This document shows, piece by piece, positions 1 to 7,903 of a DNA stretch of 36,253 nt (position 1 is the stretch's first letter; each line of letters opens with the position of its first letter). The stretch lies in the IMG/VR virus record IMGVR_UViG_2706794674_000008. The stretch is one strand, 5' to 3'. Below the pieces are notes generated by a model. It was not told the DNA's origin, made no database searches, and saw nothing but the letters and a program-made list of their open reading frames with translations. Origin of the DNA: a virus (taxonomy: Duplodnaviria; Heunggongvirae; Uroviricota; Caudoviricetes). The position numbers were made by a program, and so were the translations under genes.

Positions 1-487
1 GTGTATATAAATAAATTATATACGCATAAATAATGTAAAGGCGTCCTTTTAGATATATCTTATCAAATGTTAATGACTTGAGTGGGAAATATGATTCCAG
101 CAACTTATCATGTGGCTACTTTATAAAAATAATGCCCATATAAAACAACAAGCGAAAAGGATTACGGATAAAAAAGGAGCGAGATGTGCGAACTTGTTAT
201 TTTCCATGTTTAACCACCTTAAATAATTGATGATGACGGGATGATTGCATCTGTAATGCTTTTATTGAAATGTTATGATAAAAAAGAACTTTTGCATAAC
301 ATTAAAATGTAATTTATCTAATCGTTTTTAATAATAAGTGTCGTATTTCTATCCTTGTACCAGCTATTTGATATGTAGTGTTTGTTCATGCTATGTGGGG
401 CTTTACACCATAGCCAGTTTATTTATACTTTATTCGTCAGCCTGAACAACTGGCATCTGCTGCGCTGCGCCATCGAGAGATTGAGAA

Positions 488-1087
488 ATGGCGCATATAC
501 AACTGGTCAAACAAACCTCTTCTGGTTTACTTCTCCCGGCGACGCCGGAGAGTTGCGATTTTCTGCATCAAATCAAAATAGGTGAGTGGATACACGCAGA
601 CTTTAAGCGTGTGCGTAACTACGCATTCCACAAGCGTTTTTTCAAACTCCTGCAACTGGGATTCGATTACTGGACTCCGGTCGGTGGGGCGATCACGCCT
701 CGCGAACGAGAACTGCTGTCTGGTTTCGTTGATTACCTGTGCGAATCAGTTGGTCGGGAACACACGCCAGCCCTGAGTGATGCCGCAGAGCAATACCTTA
801 ACACCGTTGCGACTCGTAGAACCCGGGATACGGCGTTGCTAAAGTCGTTTGAGGCTTTCCGCGAGTGGGTAACCATTCAGGCCGGATTTTACACCGAGCA
901 TATTTATCCGGACGGTAGCCGTGGGCGTCGGGCAAAATCCATCGCTTTTGCGAATATGGACGAAGTCGAGTTTCAGCAGGTTTATAAATCTGTACTGAAT
1001 GTGCTGTGGAACTGGATTCTGTTCCGTAAATTCTCCTCTCAGGAGGAAGTTGAAAATGTGGCCGCACAACTACTGGAGTTTGCGTAA
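488..1087 (+). CDS. lambdoid nin-region protein (YbcN/DUF1367-like), 199 aa
   Basis: Intact ORF; position immediately upstream of a Cys-rich YbcO-like ORF as in lambdoid nin regions; family assignment from memory only. Confidence 0.5.
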   Translation: MAHIQLVKQTSSGLLLPATPESCDFLHQIKIGEWIHADFKRVRNYAFHKRFFKLLQLGFDYWTPVGGAITPRERELLSGFVDYLCESVGREHTPALSDAAEQYLNTVATRRTRDTALLKSFEAFREWVTIQAGFYTEHIYPDGSRGRRAKSIAFANMDEVEFQQVYKSVLNVLWNWILFRKFSSQEEVENVAAQLLEFA

Positions 1088-1377
1088 TGGTGAATTTACG
1101 TAAAGCGGCTAAAGGCCAGATGTGCCAGATCAGAATCCCTGGCTACTGCAATCACAATCCCGAAACCTCTGTGCTGGCGCATTACAGGCTGGCGGGGACG
1201 TGCGGAACAGCGACAAAACCACATGATATGCAGGCGGCGATAGCCTGTAGCTCATGCCACGATCTAATCGACGGGCGGGTAAAAACCAGCGATTACACCA
1301 AAGAAGAATTGCGCCTGATGCATGCTGAAGGGGTTTTTCGCACACAAGAAATCTGGAGAAAGAAAGGTCATTTATGA
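1087..1377 (+). CDS. YbcO-like Cys-rich protein (DUF1364, putative nuclease), 96 aa
   Basis: ATG overlaps stop of upstream gene (TAATG); 96 aa with CxxxxxxxC ... CSSCH motif typical of lambdoid YbcO-type proteins. Confidence 0.5.
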   Translation: MVNLRKAAKGQMCQIRIPGYCNHNPETSVLAHYRLAGTCGTATKPHDMQAAIACSSCHDLIDGRVKTSDYTKEELRLMHAEGVFRTQEIWRKKGHL

Positions 1378-1395
1378 TTTACCCAACGAATACAG

Positions 1396-1663
1396 NNNNN
1401 NNNNNNNNNNNNNNNNNNNNNNNNNNNNNNNNNNNNNNNNNNNNNNNNNNNNNNNNNNNNNNNNNNNNNNNNNNNNNNNNNNNNNNNNNNNNNNNNNNNN
1501 NNNNNNNNNNNNNNNNNNNNNNNNNNNNNNNNNNNNNNNNNNNNNNNNNNNNNNNNNNNNNNNNNNNNNNNNNNNNNNNNNNNNNNNNNNNNNNNNNNNN
1601 NNNNNNNNNNNNNNNNNNNNNNNNNNNNNNNNNNNNNNNNNNNNNNNNNNNNNNNNNNNNNNN
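1396..1663. other. Run of N (268 nt), unknown/masked sequence
   Basis: Literal n characters in sequence. Confidence 1.
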
Positions 1664-1938
1664 AGAGCTGGCTGGCGCATTGTACTGATGCAGAGGCGTT
1701 ATGTATTGATCGAGTCATAAGTGAGGTGCTGGCAGAGCATCCAGGATTGATTTGCATTCTCCGGCAACGCTATGAAGGGCGGGGGATGACTAAGCGCAAA
1801 ATGGCTGAATTGCTAAATGATGCACACCCAGAGTGGTGTTTTAGCACATGCGAAAAACGGATTGCTAATTGGTTAGCTGTTGCTGAGTATGCCCTATATA
1901 TTCCCATGCGTGAATCATTTGCTGAGAAAATGGCTTGA
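1664..1938 (+). CDS. 3' part of a CDS whose 5' end lies in the N-run; putative late-gene antiterminator (Q-like) by position
   Basis: Frame open from N-run to TGA at 1936-1938; lies between nin-type genes and a strong terminator followed by the lysis cassette, which is the position Q occupies in lambdoid phages; no sequence-level confirmation. Confidence 0.35.
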
Positions 1939-2029
1939 TTTCTTACGTATAAACTGCTTCAATTTTGCTATGCTTCGCAAAGCTGTATCGCGAGGCGGAT
2001 TGCAGACATGGACATCGTAAAAAAACCGC

Positions 2030-2057
2030 TTAATGCGGTTTTTTTACGTCAGGAAAG
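2030..2057. terminator. Bidirectional intrinsic terminator (A-run, 6-bp GC stem AACCGC/GCGGTT, T-run); candidate tR'-like terminator downstream of Q
   Basis: gtaaaaaaaccgcttaatgcggtttttttacg: symmetric A7 / hairpin / T7. Confidence 0.6.
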
Positions 2058-2365
2058 CAGGGGAGAATGCTGCTAGTTGGGCAACTGGTCTTTCTGCTCC
2101 AAATTATAACAGAGACCAGTTATAGTTTCGGTGCTGTGTTTTTTTTACAATATTGTGATAACACATTGCTGGCGGGAGTTTTGATATTTCTTGGCAGGGG
2201 CTGATGATGCGTTATCCTGATGTCGTCAACTCATATAAAATGAGATGAGAGATCATTGCAGGGTGGTTTGTAATTCGCTGTTTAGCGGGACAATATGTTG
2301 TCTGATACAAGACACCCGACGCCTCAGATTACTATAATAAAGACGAAGCATCCTTTGTATTGACC

Positions 2366-2391
2366 AACCGCCTGTTTAGGCGGTTCTTTTT
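2366..2391 (+). terminator. Intrinsic terminator-like hairpin with T-run
   Basis: aaccgcc-tgttta-ggcggtt followed by cttttt. Confidence 0.4.
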
Positions 2392-2923
2392 GGGCTGGTT
2401 TATTGTATGCCAAATGATTATTAAAAAGGTTGTGTTAATAACAAGATCCGAAATAATATGCCTGCATATTTTTATCTTGCTTATATTCTGCATATTGTGC
2501 ATAGCAGGCTCATCCCTGCAATCAAAACTGTATGATGAGTATTTTTTGTTTTCCTTTTTTCCAGTCATCTGATGATGACCTGCTTCTTTTTAATCCGGAT
2601 CGACATCAGTTTTTTAAGATAATTCCTGCGAGTTATATGCATAAATGCCACAAACTCCGCATTTTATGTGGTTGGGAGTTGCCGGGCGCGCAGTGAGTTT
2701 GCTAAGAAAACTCCTGCATGGTGAATCCCCCTGTGCGGTGGGGTGATACCATTAACCTTTTCTGTCGCCGACAGGTATCACGAACATTTTGTTCACCGGG
2801 AGGCACCCGGCACCATGCACTTCAATAGATTCTCTCCACATTATGGATATTCTTTCAGAATATCCCACGCAGACTTTGTGTAAATGTTAACAAATGTGCG
2901 TTTTATTTGATCTGATTCGCTGT

Positions 2924-2953
2924 TTGAGCGTCCAAAACAACGGTATATATAAT
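2924..2953 (+). promoter_or_regulatory. Candidate sigma70 promoter for first lipoprotein gene (-35 TTGAGC, 18-nt spacer, -10 TATAAT)
   Basis: TTGAGC at 2924-2929 and TATAAT at 2948-2953, about 30 nt upstream of ATG 2983 with GAGGAAAAATG RBS. Confidence 0.35.
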
Positions 2954-2982
2954 CCTTTACTATATGACATATGTGAGGAAAA

Positions 2983-3411
2983 ATGGGTTTTCGTAGCGCA
3001 TCAATTCTTACGTTGATTATTAGTGGGATTATTATCGGGTGCACTGATGCTGTATCGACAAATTATCATGACCGTACATCATATTACTCCGATAAAGCAA
3101 TAGAGACACAGTATGTGAGTTCATCTGAACGTACTTCTGATGTTAGTGAGGATATCCGTCTGTATGCCCATCAAATCAAGAGCGCCATCGAAAAACAGTT
3201 CGGGGATGCGAGTAAGTATTCAGGAAAAGAGTGTACACTGAGAATGCATATGGCCCCGAATGGCCTTCTACTGGAGGTTAAAAGAGAAAGTGGAGACCTC
3301 GATTTATGTCGTGAAGCGATGAATGCGATAAAGAATGCTGATATACCTGCCCCCCCTTCGCCGGAAGTATATAAAGTATTTCAAAATGGGGTGCTGGATT
3401 TTAAACCCTGA
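2983..3411 (+). CDS. Lipoprotein with C-terminal TolA domain III-like region (142 aa)
   Basis: Signal peptide with lipobox IIGC; C-terminal ...YAHQIKSAIEKQFGDASKYSGKECTLRMHMAPNGLLLEVKRESGDLDLCREAMNAIKNADIPAPPSPEVYKVFQNGVLDFKP closely resembles the C-terminus of E. coli TolA as I recall it (...AGQIKSAIESKFYDASSYAGKTCTLRIKLAPDGMLLDIKPEGGDPALCQAALAAAKLAKIPKPPSQAVYEVFKNAPLDFKP). Confidence 0.8.
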   Translation: MGFRSASILTLIISGIIIGCTDAVSTNYHDRTSYYSDKAIETQYVSSSERTSDVSEDIRLYAHQIKSAIEKQFGDASKYSGKECTLRMHMAPNGLLLEVKRESGDLDLCREAMNAIKNADIPAPPSPEVYKVFQNGVLDFKP

Positions 3412-3561
3412 TATTTATTGTTTTGTAATAAACGGTTTCGGCTTAGGTTTGTTCTGACACAGCTACGGCACTGAGCTAAATTTAGCGGATAGTCAGCTCT
3501 GAGCCAGTGGCGGACGTAACAACTACTATTGCTGAGATTTTAATGGATTGAGGAGCAAGAA

Positions 3562-3957
3562 GTGGGATTAAAGAAAATCGTTATGTTGACTTTTTGGGTC
3601 GGTTTTGTTGCGGGATGCACACCTTTACACCCTTCAGATTGCCACAAAACTACTGCTACAGGTAGTTGCAGTTCAGGACGCTGGGATGATCAGGATGAAT
3701 GGGGGGCGCAAGCGCGGGGAATCAGAGCTGCAATTAATGCCAAACTTGATGAGCCGCATAACTGGAAAGGGAAAAAATGCAGGTTGCATATGGAATTCTC
3801 TCAGGATGGCACGGCGTTAAAAATATCTACCAGTAACGGTGATAAAGCCTATTGCGAAGCGATAAAGTCCGCAGCTCATAAAGCCAAATTTCCGGCCTTC
3901 AACAATCCGGAAGTCTACAGAGATTTTCAGAAATCTGGCTTTGACATGCGAGGTTAG
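3562..3957 (+). CDS. Second, more diverged TolA domain III-like lipoprotein (131 aa), GTG start
   Basis: Strong RBS GAGGAG upstream of GTG; lipobox VAGC; C-terminal KKCRLHMEFSQDGTALKISTSNGDKAYCEAIKSAAHKAKFPAFNNPEVYRDFQKSGFD keeps the TolA-III Cys...Cys and EVY..FQ pattern; paralog of 2983..3411. Confidence 0.7.
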   Translation: MGLKKIVMLTFWVGFVAGCTPLHPSDCHKTTATGSCSSGRWDDQDEWGAQARGIRAAINAKLDEPHNWKGKKCRLHMEFSQDGTALKISTSNGDKAYCEAIKSAAHKAKFPAFNNPEVYRDFQKSGFDMRG

Positions 3958-4082
3958 CTCTTCAATTACTATATCTCATTCATAGCAAACTGACAGATTT
4001 GATGATGTTCTATATACGAAACCTGTGATGTCAAGTCTGAGCTAATACAAATAAACATAATATCAGAGAAATACATTTTATT

Positions 4083-4107
4083 AGCTCGCTACGGCGAGCT
4101 TTTTATA
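4083..4107 (+). terminator. Intrinsic terminator after the lipoprotein pair
   Basis: agctcgc-tacg-gcgagct followed by ttttta. Confidence 0.5.
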
Positions 4108-4208
4108 TTGCATCGTCTCCAGCATATATATCAATTAAGGCTCTGATTGATGTGTCTGAAAGCCTACACATAATAACTATGCCATCCGTTCCGTGCGGAG
4201 GTGAGGCT

Positions 4209-4424
4209 ATGAAATCCATGGACAAAATTTCAACAGGCATTGCCTACGGCACCTCCGCAGGCAGTGCTGGCTACTGGTTTTTACAGTTGCTCGATAGAGT
4301 AACTCCGTCACAGTGGGCTGCAATCGGTGTGCTGGGTAGTCTGGTATTTGGCCTGCTGACGTACCTGACAAACCTTTATTTCAAGATTAAAGAAGATAAG
4401 CGCAAGGCTGCGAGAGGTGAATAA
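4209..4424 (+). CDS. S: Class II holin (phage 21 S-type pinholin), dual start motif MKSM (71-aa and 68-aa forms)
   Basis: RBS GGAGGTGAGG then ATG 4209 and in-frame ATG 4218; product [26 protein letters not shown]...[13 protein letters not shown] matches S21 pinholin as I recall it; two TM segments. Confidence 0.85.
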   Translation: MKSMDKISTGIAYGTSAGSAGYWFLQLLDRVTPSQWAAIGVLGSLVFGLLTYLTNLYFKIKEDKRKAARGE

Positions 4425-4921
4425 TGCCTCCATCATTACGAAAAGTCGTTGCTGCTGCTATTGGTGGCGGAGCAATTGCTATAGCATCAGTGTTAATCAC
4501 TGGCCCAAGTGGTAACGATGGTCTGGAAGGTGTCAGCTACATACCATACAAAGATATTGTTGGTGTATGGACTGTATGTCACGGGCATACAGGAAAAGAC
4601 ATCATGCTCGGTAAAACGTATACCAAAGCAGAATGCAAAACACTCTTGAATAAAGACCTTGCCACTGTCGCCAGACAAATTAACCCGTACATCAAAGTCG
4701 ATATACCGGAAACAACGCGCGGCGCTCTTTACTCGTTCGTTTACAACGTGGGTGCTGGTAATTTCAGAACATCGACGCTTCTTCGCAAAATAAACCAGGG
4801 CGATATCAAAGGCGCATGTGATCAGCTACGTCGCTGGACATATGCTGGCGGTAAGCAATGGAAAGGTCTCATGACTCGTCGTGAGATTGAGCGTGAAATC
4901 TGTTTGTGGGGTCAGCAATGA
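4424..4921 (+). CDS. R: SAR endolysin (T4-lysozyme-like muramidase with N-terminal signal-anchor-release domain), 165 aa
   Basis: Start overlaps holin stop (TAATG); Gly/Ala-rich weakly hydrophobic N-terminus [20 protein letters not shown] typical of SAR domains; phage 21 R-like. Confidence 0.85.
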   Translation: MPPSLRKVVAAAIGGGAIAIASVLITGPSGNDGLEGVSYIPYKDIVGVWTVCHGHTGKDIMLGKTYTKAECKTLLNKDLATVARQINPYIKVDIPETTRGALYSFVYNVGAGNFRTSTLLRKINQGDIKGACDQLRRWTYAGGKQWKGLMTRREIEREICLWGQQ

Positions 4922-5382
4922 ACAGAGTAACCGCGATTATCTCCGCTCTGGTTATCTGCATCATCGTCTGCCTGTCATGGGCTGTTAATCATTACCGTGA
5001 TAACGCCATTACCTACAAAGCCCAGCGCGACAAAAATGCCAGAGAACTGAAGCTGGCGAACGCGGCAATTACTGACATGCAGATGCGTCAGCGTGATGTT
5101 GCTGCGCTCGATGCAAAATACACGAAGGAGTTAGCTGATGCGAAAGCTGAAAATGATGCTCTGCGTGATGATGTTGCCGCTGGTCGTCGTCGGTTGCACA
5201 TCAAAGCAGTCTGTCAGTCAGTGCGTGAAGCCACCACCGCCTCCGGCGTGGATAATGCAGCCTCCCCCCGACTGGCAGACACCGCTGAACGGGATTATTT
5301 CACCCTCCGGGAACGACTGGTAATGATGCAGGCCCAACTTGAAGGTGCTCAGCAATACATAACCGAGCAGTGTTTAAAGTAA
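4918..5382 (+). CDS. Rz: i-spanin Rz
   Basis: ATGA overlap with endolysin stop; N-terminal TM then coiled-coil; nucleotide sequence matches lambda Rz as I recall it. Confidence 0.9.
   Translation: MNRVTAIISALVICIIVCLSWAVNHYRDNAITYKAQRDKNARELKLANAAITDMQMRQRDVAALDAKYTKELADAKAENDALRDDVAAGRRRLHIKAVCQSVREATTASGVDNAASPRLADTAERDYFTLRERLVMMQAQLEGAQQYITEQCLK
5138..5323 (+). CDS. Rz1: o-spanin Rz1 (lipoprotein) embedded in +1 frame within Rz
   Basis: [24 protein letters not shown]...[19 protein letters not shown]; lipobox VVGC, proline-rich, fully nested in Rz. Confidence 0.85.
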   Translation: MRKLKMMLCVMMLPLVVVGCTSKQSVSQCVKPPPPPAWIMQPPPDWQTPLNGIISPSGNDW

Positions 5383-5519
5383 AATCTTAACTACAATATG
5401 ATTCATTTTGATGATTGTTTCATAAGGAACAGTGAAGTAAGATCTAAGAGGAGTTAAATTTTATACAGTATAATCATAATATTGCAGCAAGGTGGTTATA
5501 ATTGAAAGAATATTTAGAT

Positions 5520-6977
5520 ATGAATACATCTCATGTAAGAGTTGTTACTCATATGTGTGGGTTCCTGGTTTGGCTCTATAGTCTTTCAATGTTGCCACCA
5601 ATGGTTGTAGCATTGTTTTATAAAGAAAAAAGCCTGTTCGTTTTCTTTATAACTTTCGTTATATTTTTTTGCATTGGTGGCGGAGCGTGGTATACAACTA
5701 AGAAATCTGGCATTCAATTACGTACCCGTGATGGGTTTATTATAATTGTAATGTTTTGGATTTTGTTTTCTGTTATTAGTGCATTCCCTTTATGGATTGA
5801 CTCAGAACTTAATTTAACGTTCATTGATGCTCTGTTTGAAGGGGTTTCTGGAATAACAACAACAGGAGCAACTGTAATTGATGATGTTAGTTCATTACCT
5901 CGGGCATATTTGTACTATCGGTCACAGTTAAATTTTATAGGTGGTTTAGGAGTTATTGTTCTGGCGGTTGCAGTATTGCCATTATTGGGTATTGGTGGTG
6001 CAAAGCTTTATCAGTCAGAAATGCCGGGGCCATTTAAGGATGACAAACTCACTCCCCGCCTGGCCGATACGTCACGGACACTGTGGATAACTTATTCTTT
6101 ATTAGGTATTGCTTGTATTGTCTGTTATAGACTTGCAGGAATGCCTTTGTTTGATGCTATTTGTCACGGGATTTCCACAGTTTCGCTTGGTGGTTTCTCA
6201 ACTCATAGCGAGAGTATCGGATATTTTAATAACTATTTGGTTGAGCTGGTGGCTGGTTCTTTTTCCCTGCTATCGGCTTTCAACTTCACTCTTTGGTATA
6301 TTGTTATTAGCAGAAAAACGATAAAACCTTTAATCAGAGATATTGAACTTCGTTTCTTTCTGTTAATAGCCTTAGGGGTGATCATTGTTACCTCTTTCCA
6401 GGTCTGGCATATAGGTATGTATGACTTGCATGGAAGTTTTATTCATTCGTTTTTTCTTGCCAGCTCCATGCTCACTGATAATGGTTTAGCTACGCAGGAT
6501 TATGCAAACTGGCCCACGCACACGATAGTGTTTTTGCTGTTGTCAAGTTTCTTTGGGGGATGTATAGGTTCAACCTGTGGTGGAATTAAGTCACTTCGAT
6601 TTCTTATACTTTTCAAACAAAGCAAACACGAGATAAATCAGCTTTCTCATCCCAGAGCGTTGTTGAGTGTAAATGTAGGAGGGAAGATAGTTACAGATCG
6701 TGTAATGAGGTCTGTATGGAGTTTCTTTTTTCTTTATACTCTCTTCACGGTGTTTTTTATACTGGTGTTAAATGGTATGGGATATGATTTTCTTACATCA
6801 TTTGCAACAGTGGCTGCATGTATTAATAATATGGGATTAGGTTTTGGGGCTACTGCATCGTCATTCGGAGTGCTTAATGACATTGCAAAATATTTAATGT
6901 GCATAGCTATGATTCTTGGTCGCCTTGAAATTTATCCTGTTATTATATTGTTTTCAGGTTTTTTTTGGCGCTCCTAA
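5520..6977 (+). CDS. trkG: TrkG/TrkH-family potassium uptake membrane protein, 485 aa (moron)
   Basis: Polytopic membrane protein starting MNTSHVRVVTHMCGFLVWLYSL, same length and N-terminus as E. coli K-12 Rac-prophage TrkG from memory; region visibly AT-rich compared with flanking phage genes. Confidence 0.85.
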   Translation: MNTSHVRVVTHMCGFLVWLYSLSMLPPMVVALFYKEKSLFVFFITFVIFFCIGGGAWYTTKKSGIQLRTRDGFIIIVMFWILFSVISAFPLWIDSELNLTFIDALFEGVSGITTTGATVIDDVSSLPRAYLYYRSQLNFIGGLGVIVLAVAVLPLLGIGGAKLYQSEMPGPFKDDKLTPRLADTSRTLWITYSLLGIACIVCYRLAGMPLFDAICHGISTVSLGGFSTHSESIGYFNNYLVELVAGSFSLLSAFNFTLWYIVISRKTIKPLIRDIELRFFLLIALGVIIVTSFQVWHIGMYDLHGSFIHSFFLASSMLTDNGLATQDYANWPTHTIVFLLLSSFFGGCIGSTCGGIKSLRFLILFKQSKHEINQLSHPRALLSVNVGGKIVTDRVMRSVWSFFFLYTLFTVFFILVLNGMGYDFLTSFATVAACINNMGLGFGATASSFGVLNDIAKYLMCIAMILGRLEIYPVIILFSGFFWRS

Positions 6978-7063
6978 TATATGGCTGATTTATAATTGTG
7001 AGTTTAATATTATGTTGACTCACTCATTGATCCAATACCTAACTTTACCAGCAACACCTCCGC

Positions 7064-7098
7064 CCCCAGTAGCACTGGCTGCTGGGGTGCGTTTTATT
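7064..7098 (+). terminator. Terminator-like hairpin downstream of trkG
   Basis: ccccagtagc-actg-gctgctgggg (one G-U pair) followed by tgcgttttatt. Confidence 0.35.
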
Positions 7099-7114
7099 CA
7101 TAAAGCAAGGCTGT

Positions 7115-7903
7115 ATGAGCGAGAAATTAAAGATAGTCTATCGCCCATTACAAGAATTGTCACCGTATGCGCACAACGCCAGGACGCACAGTACTGAGCA
7201 GGTGGCACAACTGGTAGAAAGTATTAAGCAATTCGGCTGGACTAATCCGGTGCTGATTGACGAAAAGGGCGAAATTATTGCGGGTCACGGTCGTGTTATG
7301 GCGGCTGAAATGCTCAAAATGGATTCTGTTCCGGTCATTGTTCTGTCTGGCCTGACGGATGAGCAGAAAAAGGCGTACCGCCTGGCAGATAATCGCCTGC
7401 CGATGAATGCTGGCTGGGATGAAGATCTGTTGCGGATGGAGCTGTCGGACCTAATCAATGCTGATTTTGATGTCTCCCTGACAGGCTTCATCCCGGCAGA
7501 AATTGATGAACTGTTGACGGATGTTTTGCCCGGTACAGGAAATGAGGAGGAGCCGTATACGACGAAAATTGATACGCCTGTTTATGAGCCGTCAGGCGGT
7601 AAACCGGATATCAGTGAACTGTACGACGATACGAAAACTCAGGAGCTGATCAGCCGGATACGTTCGGCGTCCCTTGATCCTGATATTGAGAAATTCCTCC
7701 TGTGTGCAGCAGAACGTCACACGGTGTTTAATTTCAGCAGAATTGCGGACTATTACGCTCATGCCCCCGCTGAAATTCAGTGCCTTTTCGAGGAGTCGGC
7801 GCTGGTGATCATTGATTATCAGCAGGCTATTGAAAATGGATTTGTCCGAATGACGCAGCGCATGGTGGAGATCATGCATGGCGGGGAGGAGGAATATGCG
7901 TGA
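7115..7903 (+). CDS. ParB-like nuclease domain protein (ParB/Srx N-terminal fold), 262 aa
   Basis: N-terminal YRPLQELSPYAHNARTHSTEQVAQLVESIKQFGWTNPVLIDEKGEIIAGHGRVMAA resembles the ParB N-terminal/sulfiredoxin-type domain; located just upstream of the packaging genes. Confidence 0.7.
   Translation: MSEKLKIVYRPLQELSPYAHNARTHSTEQVAQLVESIKQFGWTNPVLIDEKGEIIAGHGRVMAAEMLKMDSVPVIVLSGLTDEQKKAYRLADNRLPMNAGWDEDLLRMELSDLINADFDVSLTGFIPAEIDELLTDVLPGTGNEEEPYTTKIDTPVYEPSGGKPDISELYDDTKTQELISRIRSASLDPDIEKFLLCAAERHTVFNFSRIADYYAHAPAEIQCLFEESALVIIDYQQAIENGFVRMTQRMVEIMHGGEEEYA

Noticed and set aside
1-487. ORF-free AT-rich 5' region
   Set aside because: Probably promoter/regulatory DNA for the nin-like genes; I could not pick out a convincing -35/-10 pair or operator with confidence, so no feature is called.
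1322-1757. ORFs in the track that run through the N-runs (1322..1720, 1368..1757 -, 1372..1680 -, 1374..1688; likewise 25306..25656, 25344..25616, 25351..25863 -)
   Set aside because: Open only because N codons translate as X; cannot be supported.
2332-2572. Two overlapping small ORFs on opposite strands in the AT-rich region after Q
   Set aside because: No RBS, low-complexity hydrophobic translations, mutually overlapping; more likely noncoding leader or insertion scar.
6109-6324. 71-aa ORF inside trkG and 6916..7197 ORF overlapping its 3' end
   Set aside because: Alternative frames within or overlapping a well-supported membrane protein gene; no independent signals.
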